From: Takakia lepidozioides | Taxonomy: Eukaryota; Plantae; Bryophyta | Direction: 5' to 3' | NCBI GenBank assembly: GCA_030704615.1 | Contig: CM060734.1 | Location: forward strand, 38,626,001-38,690,000 | Length of the DNA: 64,000 nt | Shown: in pieces, positions 37,660 through 50,559 of the stretch | Position numbering within the stretch: position 1 is the first letter of the stretch | How the letters are laid out: every line of letters begins with the position of its first letter | Made by a program: the position numbers and the translations under genes | The notes under the pieces: model-generated | Database searches by the model: none | The model's input: only the letters and a program-made list of their open reading frames with translations | Told to the model about the DNA's origin: nothing

Positions 37660-40503
37660 CACAAAGAGCTTTTGACAGATTCCCTCAAGGGGAACCGGGC
37701 AACCCTTAGAGTCTCACGACGATATACACCACACAGGGAAGTGTGCAAGAGTGGGTATTTGTCCGCTTTCCCTTGGAAAACATCCCCCGTGTGATTTTGC
37801 CTTCCGGGTATTTTTCCCGGTGTATTTTTTTATGTATATTTACTTTTTTCTAGGGGCATCTTCTCTTGAAGGTTTTTATTTTCCAACCTTATATATAATT
37901 TTTTCCCCTTGTAGGCTTTTTAGGTTTGTCTCAGCTGGTATTTGGTTTAGGATTAGACAGTTCAAGCTCAGAGTGGGAGTAAGGGATACGATCTCATTCC
38001 TGAGCTGGCCTCCCGGCAGCATAGGAAGACAAATACAGTGAATCACCTATCTGGACATGGTGATACCTGACAAATCCCAGACTCTCCAAACTTAAAATTG
38101 GAAGGCACATAGTTTTATAGTTTTATGGATCTTTAGTATATATCTTTTTAAACATCTAGATAAGTTTCTCAGTGAGTATTTCAGTATTACATCAGTATTT
38201 CACTTAAAAAATATTTTTTCAACTCATTATAAACTTCATTTTTTTCAATTGTAATATTGTAAATTTATTTGCTTTCCATTTCAAATTACTTCTTTGTATT
38301 TCTATTATCTCAATTACATACTTAAGAATTTTTATTTCATATTCACATTTATTTTATATCATTATGCTTTGGATGCCCAATCCATATATCTAATGTTCTC
38401 ACTTTCACCACGGATTTAATTTCATAGTTTTAAAATATCTAACAATTGAATGAGACCAATATATTAGCTTGAAGTTCATTTTTTCACTTCATATCATATG
38501 ATTTATTTCCAGGAAATAATTATATTCATTTTTATAAAAAAAATTAAAGGGGAGAAAGCCCTGCAAATCATATTAATAAACGATGTCCTGGAAAAAAATA
38601 ACCAGGACAGAAGGCCATAAGGCATACATCTTGTAAGATTGGGTAACACCGTAACAGGCCACCAAGGGCAAGCTTTGCTACCAACCTGAAGCCCTGAAGA
38701 TCAGGGAGCCATGCTCCAGGGAAAAGGTTTGAGAACTAAACAGTAGAACTTAAACATCAGAAACCAAGGCTGGATTTGCCTAGGAGCCTAACAGAGCAAG
38801 ACAGTCTAATGGAAGGGCTGAGCTGAGCCTATTGTGATGAAGGGCCTGGGGTGGACTACCATCCCCACCCCCCCCCCCCCCCCCAGTCAGGAGAAAATAG
38901 CCCAACCTTAGAACAACCAAAGCCATAAAGGCAGGCTCCCGACATCCAAACAGGAGCAGAAGTAGCCACCAAAGTGGAGCAAGAGGCAGACCGGAAGGCT
39001 CTAGACTGAGAACTCATAACATGATCCTATAGGAACCTGCAAGGGAACAAGGCCGAACTGCCAACCCAAGAACACATCCTATGCAGGCGAAAAAACAGGC
39101 CAACCCCAGCAAGAAAGAAAAGGCCATGTTGGCAAGAAGATTGCCAGAAAAACCATGCGAGTTCTTGGTTTTCCAGCCACAAAGAAGAAATGTCAGCGCC
39201 TTGTGTTGCCGGGCTCAAAGTCTAAATGCACCCTCACATTGGAAACCCGCTGTTTTTGGTGACGCCAGTTGATGTCCCTGTCTTCAATCTCAGCGGGGGA
39301 GGCCCAATGGTTGGGGGAGTCACCAGTCAATTGGAGGTCTTGATGCCCAGTAGACTCCTTCACCCTGTCTTTCACAAAGAAGTCCATTGTGCCCCATTCA
39401 GCATCAAACTGCGAGAGAAGGGCATCCCGCCGCTCCTCAGAGCATCTGCAAACTATGATCAAAAGCCCCTCCCACAGTTTACGTCCCTCTACCAATAAGT
39501 CAAAAAAGATAGAGGCCAAGGAAAATTCTCTAATCTAATAATTTTTTCATTAATCTAATTATTATTATTATTATTGTTTACGATTATTGTTGCGGTTAAC
39601 AACAAAATTTCTTAATTCATTCTCTTCTTTACGTAAATCCTATATTTCTCATTGATTAATGCACAGTAAATTGCACCCAAAAAAATATCTCAATATTTTA
39701 GTAATTCAGATCAGTGAATAGTATCGTACATTATACTTAATTTTTGCTCTTATGTACATGTTCATTTAGGTCATTGTTCTATTTTTAAAAAGATCAAATA
39801 TAAAAATTTATGAGAGGATTTGATGATTATTATATTTTCAATTGCCAAAGTTGTCAATAAAAATAATACAATAAGCTGATTGTTATCATATATTTTCACA
39901 TAACAGATATTCTAATCTGAAGATTGAATGATGCTAGGTTTTTTTTATTTAAGTCTATTCTCTATTACAGGGAATTTGTTTTGTAATTTGTTTTTTATCT
40001 ACAAATAAAATAAAGTTTTTCCAGGGTCTCTGGTCTCTGCCCTTGTTATACATATATATTTAGTTTCAATATAATATTGTAAATAAATATTCTACTATCA
40101 GGGTGGAGCCATTACGCGACTAGCTGCTTGTTTTTATTTAGTCTATACACCTGTTTCATCTTCTCCTAAGTGCAGGCTGCGGAAACACAAGTGCATAGTC
40201 AGGTTACTAACAAAGTGACCCGAATTAATCGTAAACGGCTGAAAAACTTGTGATAAATTATAAATAACGGAGCCTTTCTAGATATACTTTCCCTGCGACT
40301 TAGTTTCCCTCTTATAAAGGCCACAGATGGAATCGTATTTCAAGGGAAAGTATAATTTTCCCTCCAATTTCCCCTCTGGAAAACATCCAACAGGGGATTC
40401 TTAAAGGGAATTGTACTTTCCTTTTTTTCAGGGCTCTCCAATGAGGGGAAACGTCTGTCATACCCTCCGTGCCATAGTGTAGAAGTCTCAAAAGCTCCTT
40501 GTA
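37660..40503. mobile_element. Non-autonomous TIR DNA transposon, CAC terminus, 4-bp TSD (CMC/Chapaev-like)
   Basis: Ends CACAAAGAGCTTTTGA...TCAAAAGCTCCTTGTA, flanked by CACA. The paralog preserves the empty site cagcacagagg (~51889-51899, minus). Confidence 0.7.
38545..39525 (-). mobile_element. 5'-truncated LINE (L1-like) 3' end nested in the TIR element
   Basis: GC-richer island in AT-rich DNA. Minus-strand ASIFFDLLVEGRKLW...RRDALLSQFDAEWGTMDFF resembles the plant L1 ORF2 C-terminus. Confidence 0.5.
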
Positions 40504-40856
40504 CACAGAGGCAATCTCCCTCAAACGGAATTGTCAGTATTCCATTTCATCCAGCTTAGCCTATACCTAGATAACACATCTGCCATAACAAAAGCTTAGT
40601 CAAAATTGTAGTTTAGAACTATTTGTGATAGTTTGAGAGCAACTATGTAAGTACTAAACATGCTACATGCAGAAAGTGATCCTGCACTCTCCTGGACTGC
40701 AAACCAAGAAGAAACGCCGCTTGTCTTTGTACCTCATTATACCTTGAGCAGCGATGACAAGGCGGAGAGAATACTGTTTGTACGATTAATTAACTACTAG
40801 TCTCTCATATCAGCTTCGCTATTGACTTCGGAAAGGCTCGTTAACAACGTTGGGAG

Positions 40857-41458
40857 TGTTGGAAGTAATTAAACATATCTAGAAGACTAGGAGTCTTGAA
40901 GGCCAAAGGTTTAGAAGACTAAGAGACTATCTTGTTTAACTCACCTTTGGAAGGTGAATGGCTAGAAGGTGGATGGTCACCATAGTGGAAGTGGAAGTGA
41001 CCAAGTAGGACTTCCTAGATACCTTCTTGTACAAGCTCGGGGGTGAAACCACTAGTCTAAGTGTAAGAGTATGATGGTGGCTTCTATGGTTGGGAGGAGA
41101 GCTTTAGTTTTAGCTTTAGTCTAAGACTTTAGTTCTTGTTCATGTTCTTGCTCAATTCTAACATGGTATCAGAGCCATTCTTCTCTAGGTGAGAATTGGT
41201 AGTTGAGATTGAGAGAACTTGATCATGGCTGGAGCGTTGTCTTATAGCAATCCTCCTTCTATGTCTATGACGAGTGCATTAGATGTGAGAGTGGAAGATC
41301 GATTCAATGGAGCTAACTATCAAACCTGGAAGTCTATGATGGAGATGGTCCTTCTAGACAAAGATCTATGGGGAGTGGTTGATGGATCCGTCCCAAGACC
41401 TGACACTATTGTTGGCCAAGCCATATGGGGTATGAAAGATCAGAAAGCAAGAGCTAAT
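40857..41458 (+). mobile_element. Ty1/Copia 5' end: LTR 40857-41163, tRNA-iMet PBS 41164-41176, gag start
   Basis: TGTTGG...CTAACA LTR, then TGGTATCAGAGCC. Gag RFNGANYQTWKSMMEMVLLDKDLWGVVDG...WGMKDQKARA. Confidence 0.93.
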
Positions 41459-41829
41459 TGGAGAGTGATTTTGTGCATGGATACAGACTTGGAGCACAAG
41501 TTTTTTTATGTGTCACTGACGGATACAAATGGGAAAAGCACATTAGTGTCTCCAGAGATCAGTGATACCTGGGATGAGTGCTAAAAAGATGCTAATGAGG
41601 AGTTCGAGCTAGGCCTCATGATGGGAAAGAACACCCAGCAATTCTGCAACCACATGTTCTATGTTTGGGACGACAACCACCGATTGCTGGCATGGATGTG
41701 ATACATTCAGAAACATCATGCGAAAGACAAAGACAAGCATGTTGCTGGTTTTGGATCCTGAAAACGACATCGCTAGGCTTCTTACAGCTATGCACGACGT
41801 GAACAAGTAAGTCATCCTAGAGACTTCAT

Positions 41830-43475
41830 TCCCTCAGTAGTGCGGCATGCCCATGAGGAGTTCGGACATTTTGGAGTGCGACGCACTCATAGTTTACTGC
41901 AGGGGCAGTATTGATGGTGTGGTATGCACACAGAGGTGCAATAGTTCGTGGCTAGGTGCATGGTGTGTGGTAGGATGCGTGCTTCATTCAACGCCCCTAC
42001 ACCACAGTTGCATCCATTACCCATCATGGGATTGGGCTACAGGTGGAGTCTTGACTTCGCGGGGCCATTGCCACTGACGATGCGTCACCAGAGATATGTG
42101 TTGATGATGGTGGAGCACTTCTCCAAATGGATTGAGTTGGTTCCATTGCCTGACAAGGCTAGTGAGGGGGTTGCGTATGCATTCCTGGATCGTGTGTTTA
42201 GCCGATTCGGTGCTCCAGCTGAGGTATTCACGGACCAAGGGAGAGAGTTCTTGGGGGAGTTTCAGGCTTTGTGTGATAAAGCCTTGATAGACCACTGTAC
42301 CACTTCTCGGGATCATCCTGAGGCCGATGGCTTGGCAGAGATAGTGGTTCAGACAGTGAAGAGGGGTTTGCGCAAGTATGGCTTGCAAAAGGGACACCTG
42401 GGAGATTGGGATCTTAAGGTACCTTGGTTAGCCATAGGCTACAGGTTTAGCAAGCAAGCATCACTTGCCTCCTTCTCACTATATTTTCTTCTCTTTGGCC
42501 GAGAGCCGGATTTGCCTGCATCTATTCGCAGGGAGGCTGCAGTAGTCCTCAACCTTGATGATCCGGATGTGTGGACACAAGCATGTGTCCAGCGGGCAGA
42601 GTTGTTCAAGAGAGTCATGCCTATGGCTTTTGAGAATCTTGCTATTGCCTAACACCGAGACACATTGAGGTATGTCACTATACGTGGAGGGGGATATCGG
42701 CCAGATGTTCGACGTTTTCACCCTGGGGACTATGTGTATCTGCAGCAGACAACGCCTACGACCTTGGATGTCACAACAGGACGTATGATTCTAAGGGTCA
42801 GGGAGGTGTTGCCTTCATGAGTGTTGATTCTGGAGGGTCGAGATGGCATGGTATGGAAGGACCATGTGCGCAATTGTGCGTCATGTCACCTTCCACATGT
42901 GGATGGAATGATAGATCCCAACCTTACAGTGGTACCTGCAGGGTTGCGTTGCATGCTATGTGGGCATGCTCGTGGTGCCGCCACTATGCTGGTGTATGAT
43001 CGATGCTCAAGAGGTTGGCACATGGGATGCTTGACACCACCTCTTGAGAGGGTCCCTGATGGAGATTGGTTATGTCCACACTGCTTGGGATAGTGGCAGC
43101 TAACAAGACATAGGAGGCCAAGCTCATAGGAGTCGATACTCGAGATCTCAGACTGAAGTTCACAGGTTTCAAGACGGTGACTAACGATGAGGCAACTCTT
43201 ATACCCGGCCTCTTGATCTATCGAGTTTGAGTGTAGTAGGGACAGTGGTGGAGGACTTAGTGAGGCTATGGCCACTATCGCATCTTGTGACTACCTAGAC
43301 TTAGAGGGACCTAAGCACCAGCTAGGGGGGTGATTGTGATGGACTAGTGGCTGCACTAGTGGTGGCTAGTGGTAGCCTAGTGGTGGACTAGTGATAGACT
43401 AGTGTTTGGTGTGCACATGTGTTGTGTGGTTTTGGACAGCGATGTAGTTGTGTAGCGATATGTATGCGTACGACA
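41830..43475 (+). mobile_element. Ty3/Gypsy 3' half: HHCC zinc finger, integrase core, C-terminal PHD finger, PPT, start of 3' LTR (43335)
   Basis: HAHEEFGHFG...RCMVC; WSLDFAGPLP...VEHFSKWIELVPL...FGAPAEVFTDQGREF...HPEADGLAE; PHD CMLC..ATMLVYDRCSRGWHMGCLTPPLERVPDGDWLCPHC (42947-43084); AGGGGGG tract then TGTGAT. Several internal stops; LTR end uncertain. Confidence 0.92.
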
Positions 43476-44000
43476 ATTTCAACGGTGGCCCGTTCTTAAT
43501 CTGACTTTGTAAACTATATCCTCGCGATGTTGTTACTGATTTCCAGGTGTAATACCGGAGGTCTCCCGTGGTATGTCACGTTGTTTTTTTAATATTATTT
43601 ACTGGATTTATTTTTTTATCTGTGGACAAATAACTTTTGTTCTGATCTCCAAAATTTTGAATGTTTGAATGGCCAGTGGATGTGAATGGTTGTACATTTT
43701 TATTTGTTTCCGTCTGACGGTTCCACGCATTTCGTATTTCGGACTGCCAATTTCCCATGGTGGTTGATGGTTTTCTCCCTTGCTATAGTGCTCGGGAGAT
43801 GTCCCATGCTACAGTGACTTGACTATTTCCGATCATGAAAATCCAAAATTGTAAGCTTTAATGCATTGTTAATACTGAATATAGTTTTTTTTTCCATATT
43901 TATTAATTATTTATAATTATTTAACAGATGTCCAGATTTCATCCTTTTGTCCATATTTACTTAAAATGGTTTTTATTATGTAAGTTAAAAAATGATAGAA

Positions 44001-44360
44001 ACAACCTTCCGGAGGGTATACCAATATGTTTGGATTGAGCAATTCTAAAATTGATATGAACAACCTTACTGGAGGTATCCATCGACATAACTCAGTGACA
44101 GAAATAACCTTTTGTAAGGTAAAAATATTTGTTTAGATTCTACTCAATTGAAAAATTGACAAGCACAACCTTCTGGAGGGTATAATAACATTGAGGAATA
44201 TTCAAAACTAGGAACAACCTTGGCAGGTACCCATCAAACAAGACTAAATGATAAAAAGAACCTTATGTAAGATAAAACAATTTTTTTGGTTTATATTCAA
44301 TCTGAAAATGAGCCTTGTTAGAGTAAGCAATTTTAGAGTACCCTCTGGAAGGTTGTTCTT
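44001..44360. repeat. Dispersed array of an ~18-bp motif ACAACCTTCTGGAGGGTA
   Basis: Copies near 44001, 44060, 44104, 44166, 44214 and 44258, plus an inverted copy near 44339. Confidence 0.7.
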
Positions 44361-45351
44361 ATCATTCCCCCAAATTGCATAATGGTGAAGTGCGTGCAAG
44401 GTCCGGGCAGTGAAGGGCAAAGGGAAAAGCAAAGTTTACGGGCAATGGGAGAGCCAGTTTTGGCGAGCTACATGAAGACATGGAGGGGCGGGCCCACATG
44501 TGTGGCTAGGCGTGTGAAGCCCGGGGAGGCGAGCTGCTGGGACCAGGGTCATTACGACATGGCTACCGAAAATTCGCGGGGCCATGTTCAATATGAAACA
44601 ATCTTCAATACTCATTACTTCTGTGTAAAAATTCACCAGGTGACGAACAACTTCGAAAGAGTGATATGTTACATATATGAATTAGCTCAGTTGACGACTA
44701 GCCGTGATCGACGCTATTTGGATGTAGTAAGTCTAGTATTTGTCCATGCTTCTAAAGACTCAGTGGGAGCATACAAAAACTGCGAGCAGGAGCACTTAAT
44801 GAGTATAAGTCTATATCGATCCCTCGTGTACTCCGGGCCTACAGAAGCTACATCCAGAAGCTACAAGTTTCTGGAACTCTAACTTCACTGCTTGGCGAGG
44901 TTGTTTTCCCTCGTTCTTCCTTTTATAATGCATTTCCAGGGCCACAGTCCCCTGTTTTTTTTTTCTTGGAAAGAGTGGAACACCTGGGAGTTAAAATTAG
45001 AATACACTTATGTTTTTATGCAACATAAACCAATTGTTTTTTTTAATGTCAACAAAATGAGTAAATACTCTAAAGCAACATTAATTTATATTTTGTATCA
45101 ATTTCATCAGATTTTTTTTTTCTTAAATGGATGCTTTGAAGATCATACTACCACCCAAACTTTTAGTATGTCCACATCATGATCCATGGAAAAAAGACTT
45201 GAAGGAAAAGACCTCCAAAAGAGGAACCGCAGTTGCAGTAGACATCATCTGATCTGACTATGTAGCCTACTGGTTCGCACAATCATGCGACGATCCACAA
45301 TATATTGGTGGAAATTCTTAAGGGTGGTACTTCAAGGGCCAAGGTAATAAG

Positions 45352-46142
45352 CAGTGTTGGCCAGGTATGGCATCCGGACATGCATATCCGGCGGTTTTGC
45401 CAGTTATGCACATATGCACAACCGAAAAGTGTAGCCCCCGCAAGAACCGGCTATGGAAGGGAACCAGCAAAAACCATTGAGCTTCCTAAGCGGCTAGAGA
45501 ACCGGCATCGTGATTGTAAGGATGTTATACCCGGAGCAAGATCCGGAGCAAATGTGGATGTCGTAGAGGCGGTTCTAGATAATACAAGTCATGTAGGGGC
45601 TGGTGATGGTAGTTAAGAACATTACAGATGGACAGATCCTGAGGGGAATGTTATGTCTTACTAGTTACAATACATTTACAATGGTTAGGGAGAATGTCCG
45701 AGTAGATAGGAAATTAATTAGTTGGGCATTTGCCTAAAATAATAGTTGTAAGCTGTAAGCTAGGGTATTACAAGGGCAAAGCCCCAAGAGATAGATGACA
45801 AGAGTTGAACATTTGAAAATCAGATCCACAGGCCAACACACAAGTGGCTTACCACCATGCCACAGCCCTCTTGTGTAGTTTTACACACATACGACAAAAA
45901 GTCTAGAAAAAGTAAAAAAATATTAGTGGATGAATCCCATAACCGTACCATGGGCATTTTCTAAGATGACATAACCCGTAGATTGAGAACCGGACAAAAA
46001 AAAATTTCATGTCTTTAATGAGAACCTGTAACCCTTTTTTTAAACCTATTGGTATACCCTGCCCCGGCCATCCATTTTTTGCAAAGAGTAGGCTATAACC
46101 GGGACGGAAGAGGGCTCAAAACATGGTACCCGGCCAACACTG
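45352..46142. mobile_element. Non-autonomous hAT element (CAGTGTTG TIR)
   Basis: CAGTGTTGGCCAGGTA...TACCCGGCCAACACTG with exact 8-bp TSD GTAATAAG. Confidence 0.92.
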
Positions 46143-47242
46143 GTAATAAGCGCAACAGCTCACAACACTATCGTTGTCTGCACTCTCTGACTTGAAGAAG
46201 CCAGGGTGCCCAATGCATCTTGTTTGCCAAGCACCCATGACAGTGCAACATTAATGGCAACTATTGATGCAGCTTCTCAGGTTCCCATGTGCCTTTTAGG
46301 CTAACGAAACTCTCCAACGACGAGCCACCGCACTCAACCCAAGTTCCAACCGTATCCCGACACGTGCGAGAGCTGTTATAACACAAGATCTGCAAAATGG
46401 GAAATTGTCATTGTAAGTGCCCTGCAAAATGAAAGGTATACTATGGAAAGGTTTGGGCAGATGACATTCTGCCCGGTTCTCTGCCCGCTCGAAACCGTTG
46501 AGAATCCGATATGTAAGTTCAAGGCATTCTTATTCATTCATGTAAGTTAGTCTCTCTTTCTGGTTGGTCTCTGGATTCGTGGGCAACAGCAATGGGTAGG
46601 GAAGGACTGCATCCAGGATGTGGATTGGCACACATAAATTATTGTGGGCGATTATGCTAGTTTCTATGGCGTCGTGTACACACTGTGCATGCCACTGGGA
46701 CGGTGCGCATGGACTTGACCAGGTGTGACCCTGTCATTGTCGACGAGCTTCCACTAGACGGCTGCTTTCTGCGGGCAGCATCCACTTTTGGATAGGTTCT
46801 TTACCAAACATTTCAGTCGTTACCCTACTTGCCAACAATTTCTTTGCTTCTAATTCAAGAGTTCATGAACAAACATCTACGCTAATTGTGCGTTGCCAAG
46901 TTGCGAGATATAGAAGGCAACAATCTCTGCAGCTTGTATTCTGGAATATTCCTCTGCTTTTGTGAGGTGAGTCTCCAAGGCGTCAAGTGCAATCAAAGTC
47001 TTAAGGAGAATTGTCGCCCATGCAATTTGTTTCGAGACCCTAGATTTTTCAAAGTACTCTCTTTCTAGTACTTCTGAGCCCCTTCCTAAATGCAATGAGG
47101 GTGGTCACAGTATGAGCGAGGACCAGAAAATTTGCATATTACAAACATTACTCTTACCGGTGCAGTTTTCTAGGCTCACATCTCAAGGCCAGCGCCCATT
47201 ATCATCCAAACCAGGGAGCCTGACGCTTTTGGGTTGCAAGCA

Positions 47243-47581
47243 GAGGAACCAGAATCTCAAGAAGAGGTCTTGGCCATTGAAGGCATAGGGATACCATCAG
47301 GTGAACCAGTAGGGTTTGTCTTGTTTTCTAATTTGCCGGAGGCTGATTAGCATACACCCTGGAGTTGTACAAAATATGCAGGCACTTTCAATCCCTATCC
47401 GACTACTGGAAATTCCCTAGCACGCACTCGTAGCCGTGATCATTCTTTCAAGGTAGGCATCAGCTCAAAGCTGAAGCAGCTTGGTCTTGAGAAGGAGTCC
47501 AGCATTCTGGTCAGTCTTGTGCCCAGAAGCAAGGATACTTCCATTATCATTCAAACCATATGGATAGAGCTTGCCCAATAA
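47243..47581 (+). pseudogene. Polyphenol oxidase C-terminal (PPO1_KFDV-like) domain fragment
   Basis: QEEVLAIEGI..VGFVLFSNLPEAD*..KYAGTF..FKVGISSKLKQLGLEKESSILVSLVPR..IIIQTIWIEL*, with one internal TAG. Confidence 0.8.
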
Positions 47582-47976
47582 CATCACAAAGACTCCCGAA
47601 TTAGTAAAAATACCAACCAGCAGTCTATAGCTCTAGTTGGATAGAGTGTAGCATAAAAAAAGATACATGTTGGGTTTCACTTTCCAAGCATGGGGATTAT
47701 GGACCCGTGGATGTTATAACTGGATGGTGGCAACTAGAGTAGTTGTAGTCTGTTTATCCTGGATCTAAAAAGGAGGGACAGGGGAATAATACCTAGCTGT
47801 CTTGCGTTATGAGGCCCTGATTTCTGATAACAATAGATAGTCATCGAAAATTCCCTGCAGTGTCTGAGAGGATGTCATATGACAGTACAGATTTCGACTG
47901 TCAGAACTATACAAGGCAAAGAGGGTAGAAAATTCCCACTATCCGATGTTATTGGGACACACTTTTCATAGAATTA

Positions 47977-47978
<2 letters not shown>

Positions 47979-48021
<43 letters not shown>
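47979..48021. repeat. (CT)n microsatellite
   Basis: Seen directly. Confidence 0.97.
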
Positions 48022-48024
<3 letters not shown>

Positions 48025-48281
48025 GCACAGAACACCAAACGAAGTAGATAACATGATGTGTACACCAGTCGTTACATCGACACCAAGTTGCATAGACTGA
48101 TCCATGGCTTGACGGATCCATCCCTTGACTGCGATCTGGTGACCCACCTACATACATATACATGCATGCCTATCACCGCATCAATCTTATATCTAGTGGC
48201 CAGTAGTGGGAATTTTTACTTCTCTTCATTTGTCGATAATCTCGTGGAGATTCTTGTGGGCATTTTGAAGTTTCCATCAGA

Positions 48282-48898
48282 TCACATCTTGCCTGGGCAT
48301 TTTGTCAAACACTTGGATTGTACCCACCACATCCCCACACTTGTAGTACATGCTGACAAGGGCAGTGCCCATAAGGAGATCTGACTCAAATCCAGCCTTG
48401 ATGATGCTCGCATGGGATGCTTGCCCTGTTCCACAGCTGTTGGGCTGCCACATGCTTTGAGGATGCTCATAAAGGTGACCTTGTTGGGCTTCACGCGTGT
48501 TTGTTGTATTCGCTGAAAGTATTCAATTGCCTCTCTGCTATGCCTTTCCTCAGCTAGTCTTGCAATCATCATAGTCCATGAAATCACATTTTGTGTATGC
48601 TTATTGTCAAAAAGTTGGTGGGCATTCACTATACTCCTTGATTTTCAATACATGCTGACAAGAGCGCCATTGCTTATTTGGAGATCTGACTCAAATCCAG
48701 CTATCTTGATTTCGGCATGGACCCGCTCGCCCTGTTCCACAGCCGTGGGGCTGGCACATGCATTGAGGATGTTCATGAAGGTGACATTGTTGGGCTTCAA
48801 GCCTTCTTGTTGCATACTTCGGAAGTAACGAAAAGCCTCTTCACTTTGCCCGTGCCGAGCTAATCCTGCAATCATGGCATTCCAAGAGATCACATCTC
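48282..48898 (-). pseudogene. PLS-class PPR pseudogene fragment
   Basis: VISWNAMIAGLARHGQSEEAF..KPNNVTFMNILNACASP..ALVSMY* and VISWTMMIA..KPNKVTFMSILKAC. Contains a stop and a frameshift. Confidence 0.9.
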
Positions 48899-49989
48899 AC
48901 TTAGGGATTTTTTTCAAAACAAATTCCTTCTGAGTTTGCACATATCTTCTTTCCCTGCCCTATCCTCACATAAACCTCCTACTCTTTTGTTCTGCTGGCA
49001 GATTGTGGGCATGTATAGCTGCAATGGAAATTCATGCATCAAACAACAAATTGTACCCGACGCAAATACAAACTTCTTCAGGTGGGCCAAACATCCACAT
49101 GATTGCAACTTACAATGGTATGCAACATATGTGGGCAACGTACAAAACAATTCAATATGGAAGGTGAACGCAGAGTGCCAAGGTGGAGACGCGTTTGGAA
49201 GACATGGATAGAACTGTTGTACGAGGAAATGCACGATGAGGGTAGCAAAACCCTGGATTTGGGTGGTAGTGTATGTGACGACATGGCATATATCCCAACG
49301 TCCATTCTTTCTTCAGATTTGCCATTTGAAATTAGAATAGATGTCAGAATGATTTTTGAAAGATGGCATGATATATGCTTGGGATACCATGTAGCATGGG
49401 GAGGATGAAGGCATGCATGAGGGATGGAGGGCGATGTCATGCATGAGGGCACGTCTCATGTCCTAACAGTGGGACATGAGGCACGGAGGGTGTGCCGCTG
49501 CTGCCGCGCGGTGTACGGGCGATGGAGGCGGGGGTGGGCGTGGGGTGGCGGGGGGCCACGTTGGCTGAACCGTTTCCAACTCTTCTATCTTGGAGTTTCC
49601 ACCTCGGATAGCTAAGGGATGGGTGAGTAAAAGCCGCTCGACATTTGGCGACCATACTCGGTAACTGAGTCAAGAACAACCAGATGTGATAGGCATCTAG
49701 TGGGATCATGGTGGATGGAGAATCAATGAATTTGATGTGAATCAAATTCCCTGTGAAACTGAGAAAGAAAGATTGTCCAAACAATTCTTTCAGAGGTTCT
49801 TAGAATTGCCAGACGGTTGCAAGGAAAATATTCTTAAGAGAGTGCATGATGCTAATCCAGAGTCACAGATTTATGTGATAGCATTGCTATTCATTAAGCG
49901 AGTGGAGTTTGAAGGCTGGGAGGAACGGAAAGTGAATGTTTTTACTCATATGCATGAAGAGCTTGTACTGGTGAAGAATTGGATTCCTA

Positions 49990-50285
49990 AGGATATCTTG
50001 TGGATCAAACTTACACCAAGAACAGCTTTTCAGACCTGTTTGTCATATGGTTATATGATAACGGTGATAATCAGAGCTGCACAGCTCTATCCCAGAATCC
50101 AAAGTTTCATGCCCGAACCAAACACATCGAAATACAATACGGTATCACTTTGTACGGGAGAAGGTTGGAAGTGGGGAAGTAGAGCTGAAGTATTGCAGCA
50201 CTGAGGATATGGTTGCTGATATGCTTACCAAAAGCTTATCCAAGCTAAAGCACTTCAAGTTCAAAGAAGTAGCAGGGGTGCTGAG
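49990..50285 (+). mobile_element. Ty1/Copia RNase H remnant
   Basis: DNQSCTALSQNPKFHARTKHIEIQY / HFVREKV..EVELKYCSTEDMVADMLTKSL. Confidence 0.9.
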
Positions 50286-50559
50286 CAAAGAAGAAAAAGT
50301 CCCATGATCTGAAAAGAAATAATTGTTAGTTAGTTAGTGGAATATTAAATTAGAACTATCTACCAATTACTTTCTAAGCTATTAATTGGCTGTATCCTGA
50401 AAAGACATAACACTTGAGTGACCATCGGATTACATCTAGTAGTGACTCTTCGAGTCGAATAGGTAAGAGCTGGGGGGAGAAGGACCACAGAGTTATTCTA
50501 GTGTCTTCGTGGTTGGGAGGAGAGCTCCTAATTATAAAAGCACTTTGTATTCTATAGGG

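Larger units (their letters stand above)
37214..40856 (+). pseudogene. BAHD acyltransferase duplicate (exon 1 plus intron 1 only), inverted copy of 51512-52352
   Basis: Near-identical to the reverse complement of 51512-52352. 4-nt deletion frameshift near 37420. Intron interrupted by the element at 37660-40503 and cut by the Copia LTR at 40857. Confidence 0.88.

Noticed and set aside
44001-44360. CRISPR array
   Set aside because: Repeats are degenerate, irregularly spaced and in mixed orientation. No cas genes, eukaryotic context.
44382-44882. 166-aa plus-strand ORF
   Set aside because: No motif recognised and no splice support.
48900-49420. Trp-rich protein-like fragments
   Set aside because: Possibly TE-derived, but I could not assign them to any family.
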